DNA from: Phaeosaccion multiseriatum
Taxonomy: Eukaryota > Protista > Ochrophyta, other classes
NCBI GenBank assembly: GCA_965112735.1
Contig: OZ218951.1
Coordinates: 4,712,001-4,776,000, forward strand
Direction: 5' to 3'
Length of the DNA: 64,000 nt
The position numbers and the translations under genes are program-made. The notes under the pieces were generated by a model, which was given only the letters and a program-made list of their open reading frames with translations, searched no databases and was not told where the DNA came from. Below are positions 59,944 to 64,000 of the stretch, one piece after another (the stretch's first letter is position 1; each line of letters starts with the position of its first letter).

Positions 59944-61765
59944 ATGCAAAGGACCTTCAGCACTGAGGTAAAGCCCCCCCCCCACCCGCTTTGTTCCCCA
60001 CTCGAAGGACGCAATAACTCTCGCGCTGCTGCTTTGCTCCTTGTGGCAGGCCACCCTTCTGCGGGAAGCCATCATAAGCGGTCAGAGCGTCAAAAAGGTG
60101 GAAGCGGCGGTGAGAGCCCTTGTCGCTAAAAACGGAGGGAGGAAGGCATGCTTGGACGAACCCTTCGATGAGAGCGGATGGTTTGCCCTGGCCAGAGCTA
60201 TACATGAAGGGAGGGTGGACATCATAGCTCTTCTGCTGCAAGAGGGGGCGTCGCCGAATGCTGCGAATCGTATGGTCGGGTTGACTGCGCTAATGTTGGC
60301 ATGTAATGTGCAGGATGCTGCTGCTGTTGTACCACCGCTCCTCTCTGCTGGTGCGGACGTCAATGCAGTAGGGACAGAGGGAACTACGGCTCTCATGGTG
60401 GCCTCCCAGCGAGGGTCCGTGGTGGTGGTGCACAAGCTGCTCTCCGTCGGTGCAAGGGTGGACTTGGTTAAGAGTGATGGCTTCACGGCGTTGATGGCGG
60501 CGTCCCAGGAAGGGCATCATGCGGTGGTGCAGCAGCTACTATCGGCGGGTGCAGAGGTCGACTGGGCAATGGGAGAGGGACGTACAGCCCTCTTTGAGGC
60601 CTCAGGTAGAGGACATGAAAGAGTGGTCCGGCAGCTGCTATCAGCCGGCGCGGAGGTCGATAAGGCATGTTTCAGAGGCTTTACGGCCTTGATATACGCC
60701 TCCCAGGAAGGGCATCATGCGGTGCTGCAGCAGCTGCTCTCAGCCGGCGCGGAGGTCGATAATACAGATGCCGGAGGCCTTACGGCCTTGATATACGCCT
60801 CCCAGGACGGGCATCATGCGGTGCTGCAGCAGCTGCTCTCAGCCGGCGCGGAGGTCGATAAGACAGATTCGGAAGGTTTTACGGCCTTGCTAATGGCCTC
60901 CCAGCAAGGACATCTTGCGACGGTGCAGCAGCTGCTGTCGGCCGGCGCTGATCCCAACCACTTGGATGTTGATGGCCGCACCCCCTTGTACACTGCCGCA
61001 AGAAAGGGACACCACAGGGTCACACAGCTACTGCTCACCTCCGGGGCAGATGCGAACTCGGGAGGCCACAGCGGATGGTTTCCGCTCAATGTTGCAAGCG
61101 CAAATGGACATGGCCTTGTGGTGGATCAGCTCATCACAGCCGGCGCGGACCTCGACAGCCTTAACGGCGAGGGGGAGAGAAGGGCGTTGATGGGAGCGTC
61201 TTTGCGAGGGCACAGAAGTGTTGTGCGGAAGCTGCTCAGGGCTGGGGCAGAGGTGAATGCGATCAGTGGCGACGGGTATGGAGCGATACACTTGGCAGCT
61301 TCAGAGGGCCATGCTCGTGTCGTGGAGGAGCTCATCTCAGGAGGTGCTGACGTGGAGATGCTCGATGGTCATGGGGTGACAGCTTTGCTCATGGCTGCTG
61401 AGGAGGGCCATGAGGCAGTGGTCCGTGTGCTGCTGTCTGCGGGGGCTGATCCTGACAATGGGGGCAAACACGCTGTTGTAACGCCCTTGTTTTGTGCGGC
61501 ACAACAAGGCCACAGCGGGGCGGCGCTGGAGCTGCTCTCGGGAGGGGCCTCACTCTCAAAGGCTCTGACTCAGGCACGAAGGGATTGCGATGAAGCATCT
61601 GTTGAGTTCCTCCTTGCCGCGGACAGACAGCACGTTGCGTCACAGAGCGCGTTGGACTTGATGCGGGGCACTGACCGTCTCTTTGGCAAGGAAGGGAGGC
61701 TGAAGGTGTCGCAGAGAGAGGTCAGCCCTGAGGTGCTGCAGGAGGTGGCGGAGGAGATGGCATGA
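59944..61765 (+). CDS. Ankyrin-repeat protein, array unit 4
   Basis: Exon 1 59944-59967, shortened 82-bp intron, exon 2 60050-61765. Confidence 0.92.
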
Positions 61766-62895
61766 TGAAAGGGGCGTCTCTCGCCTGCAGTGGGAAGGAC
61801 GACGGGTGTCGCCCTGAGGGTGAGGACGAAAAGGAAAGGAGCTCTTGTTATGAGAATTGTGTGAGTTTCAGTGAGAGGGTGTTGAGGGAGAGGGCATGCC
61901 CATGCGGAATGGGGCATCAACTTGAGGGGGCAGTGGGGTAGGCAGGAGGATCAAGGGGAGAGCAACTCCCCTCTCCCCCCCAGGGTGTCCTTGGAAGTGG
62001 CGGGGTGACCTTGCTTTTCCATGAACGCCAATGAAAGAGTTACACAAGTGAAGGCGAACAAGAGACAAACCCCTTCCCCCTTTTTCTGTGGTTGCGTTGC
62101 CTGTGATCCCCCTCCAAGGCATGCCATGCTGCCCCCCTGGGTGCTGCCGCCGTTCGTGCTTGCCCCAACGCCTCCCATTATCCGAGAGTCGCCCCCACAC
62201 AGCTATTTGCCCCATTCCTTCCTCCCCTCATCGTTTCATCCAAGTCTTCGGCCGCTGCTGGCGGGCTGGGGATCGGTGAGGTCTACTTCGGGGGTATGGG
62301 AGCTCAAAGCTGCCAGGCAGGCCGCAGTCGTGAGTCATATGGGCCGGAGGGGGAGATGGAGAGAGACGGAGGGGCAGTCGTGAGTCATATCCAAGGAGTC
62401 TTCGCCGATCTGAAAGTGTCAAAGTGCTTTGAGCCATAGACCTGCACAATCCCCCAGAGTGTGTGTGCACCGCTTCTTCTCTCGCTCCTCTGCTGATTCC
62501 AATACTCCCTCTCACAGCAGCCAGGCAGAGCAAGCAACAAGCAACGCCAGCCTTCTCCACTCATGGCCCTGTGCTACTGTGGCACGTACACACTCCATCA
62601 CTCCTTTTGACGAGCCGCATCCTCGCCCCCCCCGTCCTGCCCGCTTGCTTCTCGTGCTTTCCCTCGAACAAGCAACTAGCTATGACAATGACACCCCCCC
62701 GCCGCCCGCCCCCCCCCGAACTATTCTGCACCCCACCCCCCCCCCGTGCGCTTGCACTCTTCGCTCCGCCTCTCGGGTGGCTCTGGCTGTGCCTAGCTAC
62801 TCCTGGCTGCCTGAAGCCGTGTGCTGTCCACCGGAGCTCTCGCACCAGGCAGGGCGGGCGATGACCCCAGCGACTCCCCTACCACCCTTCTAAGG

Positions 62896-64000
62896 TTACA
62901 AGTAGAGCTCTTCAGAAGGAATCCCCTCCAGCGCGAGCAGCTCAACGGCAATCTCATCCAGCGCTTCGGGGCGAATCCCCCTCTGCAGTGGGCCCCCTTG
63001 CGCCTGCTGTGGACTGCGCCCCTCCGTCTCCCAAACGACGCGATGGCAGATCCGCATCATGTCCGCCACGTCCAGCGAGTCAAAGAAGCGCCCATCAGCA
63101 GCCACAAGGCCACGGACAACTTCATCAAGGCCCTGTTCGCGAGCCCGAGCCAGAGCCTCGGCAACGGAGGCCCCTGCCGCAAGCAGTTCTTGCACGGCCT
63201 CCTCGTTGTCTCTGCTCGCGGCGTCCAGCAGGGCGGTTTTAGGTGGAGAGCCTCTTATCCTGTCCACCTTCGCCCCAGCATGGACTAACACACGAATCAC
63301 CTTCGCATGGCCCTTCGAAGCTGCCACATGAAGCGGAGCGCTCCCGATGGTTGTCAAAAGGTCTACTGTTGCGCCTGCCGATAGCAGGGCCTCCACTACA
63401 GCACAATGGCCTCCTTGAGAAGCAAGAAAAAGGGGCGAAAACATGTCTTCACCTCCGACTGCATCGATGCACGCGCCAGCCGCAAGCAGAACACTCACTG
63501 TCGAGAGATGGCCATGATGGGCTGCGAAATGCAGAGCTGTTCGGGAGAGGGTATCCCTGCTCTCACTGTCCGCGCCACACGCAAGCAGCTGTCGAGCAAC
63601 GGCAGCATGGCCTGCTTCACAAGCCTCATGTAAGGGGGTGGAGCCCCCTTCATCTGCTGGATCCCTCTCTGCACCTGCGAGAAGCAGCTGCTGGACAATG
63701 CCTAAATGACCTCCTCCCGATGCCGCATGTAGCGGTGTCCAGTCCGCCGTGGTCGCCAAATTCGGGTCGGCATCAGCGGACAGCAGCTTCTCCACAACCC
63801 TCCCATGCCCAGCCCAGGCGGCATCATGCAGCGGCGTCGCACCAGTCTCGTCCATCGGATCAATGGCAGCGCCAAGAGAGATCAAATGGTGCACCATGGC
63901 TTCCAGGCCGAATCTGCTGGCCACATGCAGGGCACTCGAGCCGCCTGGCCCTGCCGTCCTGTCTATAGACGCCCCTTCTTCAAACAGCATCCCAACCACA
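62896..64000 (-). CDS. Divergent ankyrin-repeat paralog (5' end outside window), convergent on the array
   Basis: Canonical TPLH..A..GH repeats followed by AGASVAEALARAR...LVAADGRFF...DMMR...EG...QRGIRPEALDEIAVEL, which aligns with the array C-terminal tail. Confidence 0.9.
   Translation of the reverse strand, partial: VVGMLFEEGASIDRTAGPGGSSALHVASRFGLEAMVHHLISLGAAIDPMDETGATPLHDAAWAGHGRVVEKLLSADADPNLATTADWTPLHAASGGGHLGIVQQLLLAGAERDPADEGGSTPLHEACEAGHAAVARQLLACGADSESRDTLSRTALHFAAHHGHLSTVSVLLAAGACIDAVGGEDMFSPLFLASQGGHCAVVEALLSAGATVDLLTTIGSAPLHVAASKGHAKVIRVLVHAGAKVDRIRGSPPKTALLDAASRDNEEAVQELLAAGASVAEALARAREQGLDEVVRGLVAADGRFFDSLDVADMMRICHRVVWETEGRSPQQAQGGPLQRGIRPEALDEIAVELLALEGIPSEELYL

Noticed and set aside
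51742-61643. Recurrent antisense ORFs over the ankyrin genes (STSAPAESSCCTT..)
   Set aside because: Shadow frames of GC-rich repetitive coding sequence.

Overview
Eukaryotic, GC-rich, intron-dense nuclear DNA with GT-AG introns packed with microsatellites. The gene content fits a stramenopile-like alga or protist, but this is inference only. Most ORFs in the supplied track are repeat or antisense artefacts, so the real genes were assembled by hand from splice sites. Genes in order: 3' end of an ABC1/ADCK kinase, a degenerate ankyrin fragment, an IPC/sphingomyelin synthase, a secreted vWA + Cys-rich protein, a DEDDy 3'-5' exonuclease head-to-head with a KH+SAM protein, a class-3 lipase, a multi-exon ARM protein, a frameshifted ankyrin copy, a second secreted Cys-rich protein, a large NHL-repeat + F-box-like gene, a 4-unit (~2.75 kb period) ankyrin gene array, and a convergent divergent paralog. 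Mobile DNA: a head-to-tail pair of Helitron-like elements, a separate Helitron Pif1 remnant and four short inverted-repeat elements. Best candidate for an undescribed system: a diversifying, apparently mobile ankyrin family (7 copies) with variable binding-surface residues and a conserved novel C-terminal helical tail. Also notable: a collapsed colinear segmental duplicate, introns with complementary repeat arms, and a dispersed 15-mer found in both exons and introns.
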